Source: Fimbriimonadales bacterium (GTDB lineage Bacteria > Armatimonadota > Fimbriimonadia > Fimbriimonadales > JABRVX01). Taken from it: a stretch of 57,812 nt of DNA. Below the pieces are notes generated by a model that was given only the letters and a program-made list of their open reading frames with translations, was not told where the DNA came from and ran no database searches. This document shows, in pieces, positions 9,003 through 20,004 of this stretch. The stretch covers positions 1 through 57,812 of the forward strand of contig BTVI01000022.1 of the NCBI GenBank assembly GCA_045862955.1, read 5' to 3'. Both the position numbers and the translations under genes were made by a program. Numbering within the stretch: position 1 is the stretch's first letter; each line of letters opens with the position of its first letter.

Positions 9003-11156
9003 TCAGGATCCTCGTGACACCGGCCCTTGTACCTTCATACCAAGCACCCGGACCAGGAAGGCGTACTCGTCGGCCTGTGACTCCAGGTACTTCGTCAGAT
9101 TGCTGCTGCCGTGGCCCGATTGCGTCTCGACGCGCAGCAGGATCGGCGCGTCACCGGCTTGTGCAGCCTGCAGTGCTGCCGCGAACTTGAAGCTATGCAA
9201 CGGCACAACGCGGTCATCACGCTCGCCGGTAGTTATCAGTGTGGGAGGGTAGGCAACCCCTTTGCGCACGTTGTGTAGCGGCGAGTATGCGTACAGCGCG
9301 CGGAACTCTTTCGGATCGTCCGGTGAGCCGTAGTCCGAAACCCAGGCCCATCCAATGGTGAACTTGTGGAAGCGCAGCATGTCCAACACACCCACGCCTG
9401 GCAGACACGCACCGAATAAGTCCGGTCGTTGTGTCATGCATGCGCCGACTAACAGTCCGCCATTGCTACCACCTGCTATGGCTAGCTTCGGCGTGCTCGT
9501 ATAGCCCTTCGCAATCAGCCACTCGGCGGCAGCAATGAAGTCGTCGAAGCAGTTCTGTTTCTTTAGTTTGCGTCCGGCATCGTGCCACTTCTTGCCGTAC
9601 TCGCCCCCGCCACGGATGCCTGGGTTGGCGAACACGCCTCCCATCTCCATCCACACGAGCTTGCCCACCGAGAATCCAGGGCTGATAGCCGCATTGAAGC
9701 CCCCGTACCCAGTCAGCAGCGTAGGGTTGGAACCATCCAGTTTGATACCCTTCTTGTGCGTGACGTACATCGGGATGCGTGTGCCGTCCTTACTGCGGTA
9801 GAAGACGAGCTTCGATTCGTAGGCACCGGGATCGAAGTCCAGCTTGGGCTTGCGGAAGACGGTACTCTTACCCGTGCGTATGTCGTACCGATATACTACG
9901 GTAGGCGTCTTGTTATCCGTGTAGGTATAGAAGGTCTCGGTGTACTCACGGCGCCCACCGAATCCACCCACACCGCCCTGTCCTGGAAGCTCGACTTCGC
10001 CGAGGTACCTACCACCGAGAGTGTACATTCGTACGACGGTGATCGTGTCGCGTAGATAGGTGGCGAAGAAGCGGTTGCCCACTACGCTCACGCTCCGAAG
10101 CGGTTCCTTTCGCTCTGCAATGATGGTTTTCCAGTTCTTTCGCTCCGGCTTGCGAATGTCCACGGCGATCACACGCATGTTCGGAGCTCGGAGGTCGGTC
10201 TGGAACCAGAAGATCGGGCCGTCATTCCCGATGAACCAGTACTGAGCATCGCCGTCCGCCAGCAGCTCGACGACGCGTCCGTCGTTCATGTCTCGATAGT
10301 AGACGTGGTTCTCCAACCTTCCACCTAGGGACACGCCGAGAATGAGATATCTGCCGTCCTCGGTCACCTCTCCCCCCACACCCCAGTCCTTATGCTCCGG
10401 GATGTGGTAGATCAGCTTGTCGGCACTTTGGGGAGTTCCGAGAAGGTGGAAGTACACCTTCTGATAGTAGTTCGTGCCGCTCATCTCCTCGCCGGGCTTC
10501 GGCTCATCATAGCGGCTGTAGTAGAAGCCCTTGCCATCGCGTCGCCACGATGCCCCGGAGAACTTGCTCCACTGGATAATGTCTGGGAGGTCCTGCCCTG
10601 TGTCCACGTCTCGCACGCGCCATTCGATCCAGTCGGAGCCTGCGCGCGACCGGTTGTAAGCAAGGTACTTGCCGTCGCGAGTGACGGAGTAGCCACCCAT
10701 CCGATCCACTCCGCCCTCCGACATGATGTTCGGATCGAGCAGTACCCTCGGTTTCGCATTCAGGCTATCTGCCACGAACAGGACACTTTGGTTCTGCAAG
10801 CCGTCGTTGCGTGTATAGAAGTAGCGGCCGCCCTCCTTCCAGGGGATGCCATACCTGTCGTACTTTAGCAGAGAGGTCAGTCGTGCCAGGATTCGGTTGC
10901 GCTCGGGTACTTGGTCGAGGAAGGACCTCGTCAAGCGGTTCTGCGCCTCGATCCACGCCTTGGTGGTGGGCGATTCCATGTCCTCGAGCGGCCGGTAGGG
11001 GTCGGGCACGCGGATGCCGTGCAGGATGTCCACCTGGTCCGACGTAGGAGCGGGTGGGTACTGAAGGCGGGCGCCCTGTGCGAGAGATGAGGACGCCAGG
11101 GCGATCGCGAGGAGTGGTGCTGCAAAAGTGAGCAGGTTTCGGGTTCGGCAAGCCAT
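9003..11156 (-). CDS. Prolyl oligopeptidase (S9A), secreted
   Basis: DPYRPLED, SKDGTRIPM, GYGGF, GGSNGGLL (Ser), DDRV (Asp), SGHG (His); signal peptide; start may be 11183. Confidence 0.96.
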   Translation of the reverse strand: MACRTRNLLTFAAPLLAIALASSSLAQGARLQYPPAPTSDQVDILHGIRVPDPYRPLEDMESPTTKAWIEAQNRLTRSFLDQVPERNRILARLTSLLKYDRYGIPWKEGGRYFYTRNDGLQNQSVLFVADSLNAKPRVLLDPNIMSEGGVDRMGGYSVTRDGKYLAYNRSRAGSDWIEWRVRDVDTGQDLPDIIQWSKFSGASWRRDGKGFYYSRYDEPKPGEEMSGTNYYQKVYFHLLGTPQSADKLIYHIPEHKDWGVGGEVTEDGRYLILGVSLGGRLENHVYYRDMNDGRVVELLADGDAQYWFIGNDGPIFWFQTDLRAPNMRVIAVDIRKPERKNWKTIIAERKEPLRSVSVVGNRFFATYLRDTITVVRMYTLGGRYLGEVELPGQGGVGGFGGRREYTETFYTYTDNKTPTVVYRYDIRTGKSTVFRKPKLDFDPGAYESKLVFYRSKDGTRIPMYVTHKKGIKLDGSNPTLLTGYGGFNAAISPGFSVGKLVWMEMGGVFANPGIRGGGEYGKKWHDAGRKLKKQNCFDDFIAAAEWLIAKGYTSTPKLAIAGGSNGGLLVGACMTQRPDLFGACLPGVGVLDMLRFHKFTIGWAWVSDYGSPDDPKEFRALYAYSPLHNVRKGVAYPPTLITTGERDDRVVPLHSFKFAAALQAAQAGDAPILLRVETQSGHGSSNLTKYLESQADEYAFLVRVLGMKVQGPVSRGS

Positions 11157-11417
11157 GCGACACACTTCCCTGCGTTGCAGCATCTTCCTTCCCGGGAACC
11201 GACCGAGTCTCGCGGTGGACGGCGAGGCTGCGCGCTAAGACTGGTCCCCGCCTCCGCTGGGAAGACAGAACCCTAGTGGCGGAGCCCCAGCCCCGTAATT
11301 CCGGCGTCCCGCCGGACGTCGGGGAGCCAGGACGGGCATATGCCTCGGCCATCGCCGAGATGCCGAAAGCACCTGTGCGCGGAAGGAACGCGCCGCGACG
11401 CGGCGTAGCCCCAAAGC

Positions 11418-12794
11418 ATGAAGAAGACCTTCGCGATCGTTGGCGGGGGAAGCGTCAACTGGTGCCCAACGCTGATCCGCGACATCTATCACATCGCTTG
11501 CCTCGAAGGCGGCGAGTTCCGCCTGCTCGACCCCGACGAGCCGGCAGTGAAGCTGATTGCCTCGCTAGAACCGCTGTACAACCGCATCTCGGGCAAGGAG
11601 TTCCGGTTCGTGCCGGTGCAGACGCTGGACGAGGCCGTCGCCGGTGCCGACTTCACGCTCTGCACCTTCTCGCCCGGGTCTCTCTCGGCATACTACTACG
11701 ACCTCGAAGTTCCCATCGCATACGGTGTGCGGCAGCCCGTCTCAATGACAGTGGGGCCGTGCGCCATCTCGGCGGCCATGCGCACCTGCCCGGTAGCCAA
11801 CGAGGTCGCGCAGGCAGTAGAGAAGCATGCGCCGGGCAGCTGGATCCTGAACGTCACGAACCCGATGTCGTGCGTCACGCGGGCACTCAACTTGGGTGTC
11901 GAGACCGTGAAGGTGATCGGCCTGTGCCACGAGCTGGAGGGAGAAATCCTGTTCGTCGGTGACGTTCTCGGCGTACCGAAGCCGAAAGAGATGCGGACAC
12001 TCGACTACATCCGGCAAGCGTTCGACCTGCAGGTCGGCGGTCTGAACCACTTTATTTGGATCACCCGGCTCTTCGTGCATGGGCGCGACCGTTACGACGA
12101 TCTGCGCGCCTTCGCCGACACGCACGAGGCGTGGTACCCCGGCGGCGACCCATCGAAGGCGGAGACGAAGTCCTCCTGGGGCAATAACAAGGAGGCGAAG
12201 CTCGAGATGTGCCGCGCCTTTCGCCACATGCCCATGGCGGGGGATCGGCACCTCATCGAGTTCTTCCCCGGCTTCTGCAACGCGCACAACCGCTTCGGCC
12301 AGGACTATGGCGTGCGCAAGACCACCATGCGCGAGAGGTTCGAACTCAAAGCGAAGGCCACCGAGAGGGTGCGCCGCTGGGTGGCGGGCGAGGAGCAGGT
12401 TCCTTGGATGCGCAGCTCGGAGCAGACCGCAGACATCATCGAGACGGTGCTGACCGGCGGCAGAGCACGCTTCAACATGAACCTGCCCAACCGGGGACAG
12501 ATTGACAACGTGCCCGCGGAAGCGGTGGTGGAGTCGATCTCAGAGGTGTCGGCGGAGGGGCTGCACCCGCTGCACGTAGGACCGCTGCCGGAGCCGGTCG
12601 GGGCCATCGTACGCAACCACGTGGCGGCACAGGAGCTGACCGTGCAAGCCGCGCTGGAGGGTAGCCGCAAGAAGATGCTAGACGCGATGTACGTTGACCC
12701 GCTGTGCGGGCAGGTGGAGTTCCGCAACCTGCCTAAGCTGGCCGACGAGCTGCTGGAAGCCAACCGCGAGTTCCTGCCGCGCGTGTTCGGCTAG
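11418..12794 (+). CDS. Glycoside hydrolase family 4 (alpha-galactosidase/glucosidase-like)
   Basis: IVGGGS, NVTNP, IGLCHE, GLNHF, NLPNRGQIDN, VVE, DPL. Confidence 0.92.
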   Translation: MKKTFAIVGGGSVNWCPTLIRDIYHIACLEGGEFRLLDPDEPAVKLIASLEPLYNRISGKEFRFVPVQTLDEAVAGADFTLCTFSPGSLSAYYYDLEVPIAYGVRQPVSMTVGPCAISAAMRTCPVANEVAQAVEKHAPGSWILNVTNPMSCVTRALNLGVETVKVIGLCHELEGEILFVGDVLGVPKPKEMRTLDYIRQAFDLQVGGLNHFIWITRLFVHGRDRYDDLRAFADTHEAWYPGGDPSKAETKSSWGNNKEAKLEMCRAFRHMPMAGDRHLIEFFPGFCNAHNRFGQDYGVRKTTMRERFELKAKATERVRRWVAGEEQVPWMRSSEQTADIIETVLTGGRARFNMNLPNRGQIDNVPAEAVVESISEVSAEGLHPLHVGPLPEPVGAIVRNHVAAQELTVQAALEGSRKKMLDAMYVDPLCGQVEFRNLPKLADELLEANREFLPRVFG

Positions 12795-13669
12795 GCGAGG
12801 CAGTTTCAGGTGTCGAGGGCGCGGCTGCCGACCGCGCGAGGCCCCAGCCAGCAACCGTCCTGAGCAGCCCACCGTCGCGGCGCCAAGATCTGACCGGGGA
12901 CGCTTCCCCCGCGGTTCTACAAGGTTGTGGGGTTTTGCACTTTTTCTTGCTCTGGCGATGTAACGTTTTGGGGTGGAAACGACTCCTATTTGATGGAGAA
13001 GCTCTCCATATCCGGTACCCTTGCCGGTATCTGTCCCGAAAGGTGGGGATAGGATGAGAGAGGCTCCGGAAAAGGAGCACGATGGAATTAAACGTATGTT
13101 TGTGTTTCTAGTTACCGGATGGGGGGGTAGGTCTGATTCTCGCGCCTTCGATCGCGATCGGCCAGATCGGTCCTGGTGAACCCGACCCCCACGAGCCGCC
13201 ACCTTTGCTCGTCCCGCGCCGGCTCGTCTGAAACTTTTCCGAGCGCTCGCCCGGCTACGTCCAGCCGACCTTCGCCGCAAAGCAGGGCGTGCCCTTTGGA
13301 ACGACACCCATGTTCGGCAAGATTCGCTTGGTCCGAGATATGGTCGGCACTGCACAGGCGCCAAACAAGCTCGGCTGGCCAGTGGCCGCCGGCGAAGGCC
13401 GCAGCGGGAGTCACGCCCTGTTGATCGAGGGCGACGCCCTCTGCTTCCATGCCGATTCTCCGTTCCTCGGCAGCATCTCACTGTGGTTCAAAGAGACTGC
13501 CCGACCACCGACATCGAGATGTTACTGCTCGGTGGGTGGGATACGACGTCACTGTACGGTCACGAGCACACGCTGTACGACGCGGTTCACAACGGTACGT
13601 AACCGCCCACTGTCCGCGGTGGGGTTGGGTGGCTCCCCACCGCACCTCCAAGCGAATGGAGAACGCCGA

Positions 13670-14895
13670 ATGGCCATTGCAGCCAAAGACTACTCCATGG
13701 CAAAGTTGGTTGTGTGTGCTATGGTTGCTCTGCTGCCGAGCTGCTCAGTAGCAGTTGAATACACACACGAGCTTCTGCTCGCAGGCGCCGTCACCGCAGG
13801 CAATAACGGTGTGCTCAGTGATAACGGCCAGTGGCTCATAGGGGCTGAACTGCCCACCGGCATAGCTGTGTTCATGAACGGAGAGCGACTTCCGGAGCTC
13901 ATAGATGGTGTAAAGCCGTCCTTTCCCCGCGGGATCAACGACCGAGGAGACTGGCTCGTCGAGGGCCTATGGAAGTCGGATCCGAACTGGGGGTCGGTGT
14001 ACCGCATGATCAAGAACGGCGAGGTGTTGGACCATGGTTGGTCGTCGTACTTCTGGTGAGGAAGTGGGGGTGGATACCTGAGCAAGAGTGGTAAGGCGGT
14101 GCGGACGAACGGCACCATGACCTACCAGTACGTTGTGGTGGATGGTGTCAACTACTCGAACCAGTGGTCGGACGGCTACTGGGACTACTCGGTGGACGTG
14201 CTATCGGACGGCACGCCGGTGTGGTATGGCCGAGAGCGCGGGCACTCGCAGTTTGACCTCTGGATCGGCGGCGACCCGGTCAGCCGTCGGTATGACTTGG
14301 GTGATTGGGATTGGCGGTATGCGATGAGTTCGCAGTACCGCTGGGTAGATGTGAACGATGCGGGCCAGGTAGCGTGGATGGCTGCGAAGACTCCTGGTAG
14401 TGTCGGCTATCAGTGTTTGAGGGCGACTTCGATTTGACCACCGCAGTGTTCGGTCCGGAGGGTTGGACGTGGCAGGGCGTGTTCATCAATGAGGGAGGCA
14501 CCGTTCTATGGAAGTTGGGGCGCTACCTGTACCTGGACGAACAACGAGCTTGGTTTACGGAGTTCCTGGGCACCGAAGGGGGAATTGCTATCCACTACGG
14601 TCTGAACGACCGCGGCGACGTGCTGTGGATGCGGTGACAGGAAGGCGTGTTGCCCGATACCGTGTATGTGAATGACCACAACATCGTTGAAGACGTATAC
14701 GGCAGCGCCTTCTATCGTTCCGTCCCCCTCGCCCTCAACAACGCTGGACAGGTGCTGTGGACAGTCAACACCCTGGACGGCAAGTGGTCCATCTACCTCT
14801 CCACCCCCGTCCCGGAGCCGGGGGCAATTGCGGCGGTCGGTGCCGTGCTCTTGCTGCTGACAGGACGGGCTCGGTGGCGAGTGCGGGCACGTTGA
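13670..14895 (+). pseudogene. Disrupted PEP-CTERM surface protein with beta-propeller-like repeats
   Basis: Signal peptide, repeats NDRGDWL/NDAGQVAW/NDRGDVLW/NNAGQVLW, terminal VPEPGAIAAVGAVLLLLTGRARWRVRAR; in-frame TGA 14057-14059 and 14635-14637, frameshift near 14413. Confidence 0.85.
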
Positions 14896-15090
14896 TCTCG
14901 GTGGCGAGTCTGTTGTGCCGGCCATAGTCACCCACGGTGACGGGATGGGCGCAGTGGGTGCTATCAGTCCATCTCGCGTCGAATGGATTATCGCCGCCAC
15001 CTGCACCACGAAAGCGCGAGCAGGCTCGCGCAGTCCAATACTGCCTACCGCTATCCCTCACCACTCGCAGTGGTGAGGGATAACACGCTG

Positions 15091-16011
15091 CTAGTACGGG
15101 TTGTTGGGGACCGCTTGCCAGCGGGAGAGGGGGAGAAAAACGAAGTCCGCCCGACCGATGATGCGCCAGCGTTGAACGATGCCCCACACCCTACCGTCGC
15201 TGCTATACGACCGGTTATCTCCCATCATCAGGTAGTGGTCGGGAGGGAGCGGCTCAGCGGGCAGTGCCCACAGCTTGTCACCCAACTCACGGCCCTCGCC
15301 GAAGAGCCTGTGCATCAAGACGCTGGTGACTTCGACATTCTCTTGCGTGAAGGGATCGATCTGAGCCTCGCGCTGCAGCGAGACATAGTCGGGCAAGTCC
15401 TTTCGCCATACCTCGCGCAGCCAAGCGAGCTCCGATGGCAGCAGCTTTGCCGGGTCTATTTTCACCAGTTTGAACGCGGCGGGGATGGGCGAGCCGAGAT
15501 ATTTCTCGTCAACGGGCTTGCCATCGCGATATAGGCGATAGGAGCCGTCTTCTTCCTTGCGGATCTCCACCAGCATCCCCGGGGTGCCGATGCAGCGCTT
15601 GATAAAGTCGGTTTTTCCGACGGGTTGCCCGGGCATGAGAGCCTCGTCCGGTGCCCGGAACACGACGATTTCGCCCGCCTTCGGGTCGCGGGTACGGTAC
15701 ACCGCCTTGTTCACCACCAGGTAGTCGCCCTTCAGCAGCGTCTGCTCCATCGATTCGCTGGGGATCCAGAACGTCTGCAGCACGAAGGGTCGGATCACCA
15801 TGAAGACGAGAATGCCGGCATAGATGACCGCATCTGCGAGGTCCGCGAGGATGTGCAGCACCTTGGCATTCAGCCCGTAGGTCCGCTCCCGGCCGAGGAT
15901 TGCGCCTGCTCGGACCAACGTCGCGACGACCATCACGACCATCACCGTCGTGAGCTGCGCACGAGCGATACTCTCGATAAATACGGTGAGCCCGGAGGGT
16001 CCTTCCGGCAT
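15091..16011 (-). CDS. lepB: Signal peptidase I
   Basis: IPSESMEQTL (Ser), GDYLVVNK, FIKRCIG (Lys), MMGDNRSYSSDGR; follows rplS. Confidence 0.95.
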   Translation of the reverse strand: MPEGPSGLTVFIESIARAQLTTVMVVMVVATLVRAGAILGRERTYGLNAKVLHILADLADAVIYAGILVFMVIRPFVLQTFWIPSESMEQTLLKGDYLVVNKAVYRTRDPKAGEIVVFRAPDEALMPGQPVGKTDFIKRCIGTPGMLVEIRKEEDGSYRLYRDGKPVDEKYLGSPIPAAFKLVKIDPAKLLPSELAWLREVWRKDLPDYVSLQREAQIDPFTQENVEVTSVLMHRLFGEGRELGDKLWALPAEPLPPDHYLMMGDNRSYSSDGRVWGIVQRWRIIGRADFVFLPLSRWQAVPNNPY

Positions 16012-16014
16012 GGG

Positions 16015-16365
16015 TTAGCGTAGTTCCTTGATGCGGGCGGCCTTTCCGACCTTCTTGCGCAGGTAATAAAGCTTGGCTCTACGCACCTTACCGCGCCGCT
16101 TCACCTCGAACTTGGCCACGCGCGGGGAGTGGAGCGGGAAAGTCCTCTCGACACCGATGCCGTGGCTGATCTTCCTTACGGTGACCGTCTCTGCGACGCC
16201 ACCGTGCTTTATAGCTATCACGGTGCCCTCGAAGACCTGGATGCGCTCCTTGCCGCCCTCGATTACGCGCACGCTGACGGCCAGCGTGTCGCCGGGGTGG
16301 ATTTCCGGCAAGTCGGTTTTCATGTTCGCGGCGCTCACGGCCGCAAGTAGCTCAGCCTGGCTCAT
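16015..16365 (-). CDS. rplS: 50S ribosomal protein L19
   Basis: [47 protein letters not shown]. Confidence 0.99.
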   Translation of the reverse strand: MSQAELLAAVSAANMKTDLPEIHPGDTLAVSVRVIEGGKERIQVFEGTVIAIKHGGVAETVTVRKISHGIGVERTFPLHSPRVAKFEVKRRGKVRRAKLYYLRKKVGKAARIKELR

Positions 16366-17101
16366 TCTCGTCTCCTCGCAGCGTCTCGGCCATCAGCCGG
16401 ACGTCCCTCGCAGTTATCGGTGCACGCGCAAACAGATCCGGCCTTAGCCGCCTGGTTCTCAGGAGTTGCTGGGCGCGCCGCCATCGCTGGATAGCCCCGT
16501 GATGGCCCGACAATAATACCTCGGGCACGCGCCAGCCGTGATGGACCTCGGGCCGGGTGTATTGCGGGTAGCCCAGGAGCCCCTCCTCGAAGCTGTCCTT
16601 TTCAGGCGATTCTTCGTTGCCGAGCACGCCGGGGAGCAGCCGGGTGACGGCATCAATGATGACCAACGCGGGCAGCTCGCCCCCCGTCAGCACGTAGTCG
16701 CCGATGGACACGCTCTCGTCGGCGAGGTGGTCCGCCACGCGCTGGTCCACACCGCCGTAGTGGCCGCAGACGATGATGAGGAAGGGTTCCTTTGCCCAGC
16801 GCCGGGCGTCGGCTTGGGTCATCGGCCTGCCCTGCGGTTCGGTAAGCAGGACCCTTCCCTCTTCCCCGGCGGCTTCTCGACAGGCGGTGAGCGCTTTCTC
16901 GATGGGTTCGATCTTCATCACCATGCCGGGGCCACCGCCAAAGGGCGAATCGTCCACGGTGCGATGCCGATCCGTCGTGAAGTCCCGCGGGTCCGTGACG
17001 TTGATTTGCACGATTCCATCCTCTTGCGCCCGCTTCACCATGCTATAGCCCGTTGCCGCACGGATTAGGTCGGGAAAGAGCGTGATCACGTCTATTCGCA
17101 T
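16352..17101 (-). CDS. trmD: tRNA (guanine-N1)-methyltransferase
   Basis: [52 protein letters not shown]. Confidence 0.98.
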   Translation of the reverse strand: MRIDVITLFPDLIRAATGYSMVKRAQEDGIVQINVTDPRDFTTDRHRTVDDSPFGGGPGMVMKIEPIEKALTACREAAGEEGRVLLTEPQGRPMTQADARRWAKEPFLIIVCGHYGGVDQRVADHLADESVSIGDYVLTGGELPALVIIDAVTRLLPGVLGNEESPEKDSFEEGLLGYPQYTRPEVHHGWRVPEVLLSGHHGAIQRWRRAQQLLRTRRLRPDLFARAPITARDVRLMAETLRGDENEPG

Positions 17102-17175
17102 ACCGGGGGCATTGTGACAGGCCCGGTCTCGGGCAGGAAAGCGGCGGGCGCACACGGAAATAGGGCGGAACCGCA

Positions 17176-18159
17176 ATGAGCAAGCCTAACGCCTACGTCA
17201 CCCGATGGATGCCCGACGAAGCCCTCGAGATGATTCGACCCTACGCCAACCTACGTCAGTGGGAGCCCGCCGACGTGCCCGTGCCACGCGATACCCTGCT
17301 TAGCGAGGCGCGCGACGCGGATGGGTTGTTGGTTTTCCTCACCGACCGGATCGATGCCGAGCTGCTGGACGCCGCACCGAAGCTGCGCGTGGTGTCCAAC
17401 TGCGCCGTGGGCTTCGACAACATAGACGTGCCCGCGTGCACGGCACGGGGCGTGGCGGTGGGCAACACCCCCGGAGTCCTGACTGAGACCACCGCCGACC
17501 TCGCCTGGGCCTTACTGATGGCGGCCGCGCGCCGCATCGGCGAGGCGGAGCGCATCGTGCGAGGCGGCAAGTGGAAATCGTGGAGCCTGATGTACATGGT
17601 GGGGCAGGACGTGCACGACGCCACACTGGGCATCGTGGGAATGGGACGAATCGGGATGGCAGTCGCCCGGCGGGGCATCGGCTTCGGAATGCGCATTCTT
17701 TATGCCGACCGGTCGCCGAACGAGCGGGCGGACCGGGAGCTGGGAGCCAAGCGGGTGAGCATGGACGAGCTGCTCGCCGAGAGCGACTTCGTGTCGGTGC
17801 ACCTGCCGCTGAGTCCCGAGACGCGCAACCTATTCGGCGCCAACGAGTTTCGCAAGATGAAGCGGACGGCAGTCTTCGTAAACACGGCGCGAGGGGGCGT
17901 CGTGGATCAAGCCGCCCTAGCCCGCGCCTTGGCCGACGGCGAAATCGCCGCAGCCGGATTGGACGTGTACGTGACGGAACCGCTGCCGATGGACGATCCG
18001 CTGTTAGCACTGGAGAACGTGGTGCTGGCACCGCACATCGGATCGGCGAGTGTGCGGACGCGAACGGGCATGGCTCGCATCGCTGCCCAAAACCTGGTAG
18101 CGGGCCTGCTAGGCGAGCCGCTTCCTTATCCCGTCAACCCTGAAGTTCGTAGGGCGTAG
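17176..18159 (+). CDS. D-2-hydroxyacid dehydrogenase (glyoxylate/hydroxypyruvate reductase type)
   Basis: AVGFDNID, NTPGVLTETTAD, GIVGMGRIG, VNTARG, GLDVYVTEP, PHIGSA. Confidence 0.93.
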   Translation: MSKPNAYVTRWMPDEALEMIRPYANLRQWEPADVPVPRDTLLSEARDADGLLVFLTDRIDAELLDAAPKLRVVSNCAVGFDNIDVPACTARGVAVGNTPGVLTETTADLAWALLMAAARRIGEAERIVRGGKWKSWSLMYMVGQDVHDATLGIVGMGRIGMAVARRGIGFGMRILYADRSPNERADRELGAKRVSMDELLAESDFVSVHLPLSPETRNLFGANEFRKMKRTAVFVNTARGGVVDQAALARALADGEIAAAGLDVYVTEPLPMDDPLLALENVVLAPHIGSASVRTRTGMARIAAQNLVAGLLGEPLPYPVNPEVRRA

Positions 18160-18162
18160 CAG

Positions 18163-20004
18163 ATGCTGCTAACGCTAGTACTGTCGATGATACTGAACCA
18201 ACAAGTGGACAGGAACATGGTACCGAGCTACCTCGACGCACAGATTCGTCCGCTCATCAAGGGCCGTGCACCCGCCGACATGACCGATGCGGTCCGAGCA
18301 CGATTGAAAGACGAACTGTTAGGTGCTCTCGGGCTGAAGCCGCTGCCGGAAAAGACGCCACTCAACGCCACGGTAACTGGCAAGCTGGAGCGGGACGGGT
18401 ACGTAATCGAGAAGTTGGTGTTCGAGCCGCTGCCAAAGTTCTATGCCACAGCCTATCTGTATATCCCTACCAAGGGTAGCGGGCCCTTCCCGGCCGTGGT
18501 ATGCCCCGTCGGGCACTGGCCGCAGAAGAAGCTGCAGCCTGTGGTGCAGGCGCGATGCGTTGGGTTGGCACTATACGGATTCGTAGTTCTGTGCATAGAC
18601 ATGCCGGGGTTCTATGGACCGAACGACGACGAGCGCAACTTCCCCGGCAACCACTCCGATTGGAACCTACACCTAGCATCGCTTCCCCCCCTCGGACCGA
18701 TGGTCTGGGACGTGGTGAGGGGGATAGATTATCTGCTGACTCGGCCAGAGGTAGACGGCACGCGAATCGGTGTGACCGGCGCGTCCGGCGGTGGCATGGC
18801 AACCATGTACGCGGCCGCCGTGGACGAGAGAGTCGCGTGCTATGCTCCTGTGTGCTACGCTGTCAGCTACGAGGCCAACTACCAAAATGGGTGCTATTGC
18901 AATCACGTGCCTGGGGTCTTCGGCATCGGCGACCGCAGCGACGTGATGGCGCTGGCCGTGCCGCGACCGGTTCTCCTGATCGGTGCAGAGAACGACCCCG
19001 AGTTCCCGAAGTCGGGTCTGATTCGCTCGCACGAGAAGCTCTCGGCGTTCTACGAAGCGGTGGGCAAGGCCGAAGACTGTCGCATGTTCGTCGCTCCCGG
19101 CGGGCACGACTACAGTAAGCCGATGCGCGAGAGCATGTACGGCTTCTTCCTGAAGCACCTCCAGGGTATCGGCGACGGCAGTCCTGCGCCCGAGCCGCGC
19201 GAGTTGCCCGCCAAGGACGGCGATCCCATTATCAACGTGGAAGACCCGAAGAGCTCGCAGTCTTGGTGCTTCCCCGACGGCAAGGCGCCAGCCGATGCGA
19301 GGTCGCTACGCGACCTGGCCAAGGAGAAGGCTCGAAGGTTGGCTAACGAGGCAGAGGTGACCGGGACAGGCAATCTTCGAAACACGCTGCGGAGCCGCCT
19401 GCTGCGTCTCTATCCCTCTCCAGAGCGTATCCCCCTTCAGGCCGAAGTGACCAGGGAGACGACACCGGACGGCGAGCTGTTCCGCGGGTCGTTTTTGTCC
19501 GAGCCTGGGCTTCGCATCCCATTCACTCTGCTTCGCAGACCCATCGGCATGCAGCCTGTTCGCATCATCTTTTCGGAGAAGGGACTAACTGACACCGATG
19601 CAGTGCCGACAGAGAGACGCGAGCAGTTCGCCGAGCTGCGATTGGACGGCAGGGGGTTCGGCAGCCTGCCGGGACTCGACATGCGCTTGGCTACCTACCT
19701 GGGCAGGCCCGACGTCATCATGTGGGCGTGGGATGTCAGCCGCGCAGTGGACTATCTGGAATCCCGACGGGACATAGATATCGAACAAATCGAGGTGTGG
19801 GGCTTCGGCCCTGCGGGCGGACAGGTAGCCTACCTCGCCGCGCTGCTCGACCCCCGCATCGGGCGCGCCTATGGCCAGCAGACCCTTCGCAGTTACCTCG
19901 ACCTGTTCGAGCGCGACGACTTCCCCGGCTACGCGAAGCCTGCCAGGATGCTCGAGGTGGCCGACATACCGCTGATGAGGAAGGCGTTGCATGAAGATCA
20001 GTGA
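18163..20004 (+). CDS. Two-domain alpha/beta hydrolase (acetylxylan-esterase-like), probably secreted
   Basis: PAVVCPVGH, WDVVRGIDYL, RIGVTGASGGG, PRPVLLI, GGHDY; second domain WDVSRAVDYL lacks GxSxG. Confidence 0.85.
   Translation: MLLTLVLSMILNQQVDRNMVPSYLDAQIRPLIKGRAPADMTDAVRARLKDELLGALGLKPLPEKTPLNATVTGKLERDGYVIEKLVFEPLPKFYATAYLYIPTKGSGPFPAVVCPVGHWPQKKLQPVVQARCVGLALYGFVVLCIDMPGFYGPNDDERNFPGNHSDWNLHLASLPPLGPMVWDVVRGIDYLLTRPEVDGTRIGVTGASGGGMATMYAAAVDERVACYAPVCYAVSYEANYQNGCYCNHVPGVFGIGDRSDVMALAVPRPVLLIGAENDPEFPKSGLIRSHEKLSAFYEAVGKAEDCRMFVAPGGHDYSKPMRESMYGFFLKHLQGIGDGSPAPEPRELPAKDGDPIINVEDPKSSQSWCFPDGKAPADARSLRDLAKEKARRLANEAEVTGTGNLRNTLRSRLLRLYPSPERIPLQAEVTRETTPDGELFRGSFLSEPGLRIPFTLLRRPIGMQPVRIIFSEKGLTDTDAVPTERREQFAELRLDGRGFGSLPGLDMRLATYLGRPDVIMWAWDVSRAVDYLESRRDIDIEQIEVWGFGPAGGQVAYLAALLDPRIGRAYGQQTLRSYLDLFERDDFPGYAKPARMLEVADIPLMRKALHEDQ

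Noticed and set aside
13020..13080. c-di-GMP-I riboswitch suggested by ccgaaagg
   Set aside because: Lacks the GGCAAA and GACGCAAAGC elements; kept only as an unassigned structured region
13112..13450. 112-aa minus-strand ORF with a possible RBS
   Set aside because: No recognisable motif; cannot be told from chance without a search
14057..14637. TGA recoding (selenocysteine or an alternative genetic code)
   Set aside because: The same gene also has a frameshift, many conserved genes here end correctly at TGA, and there is no Sec-like redox context
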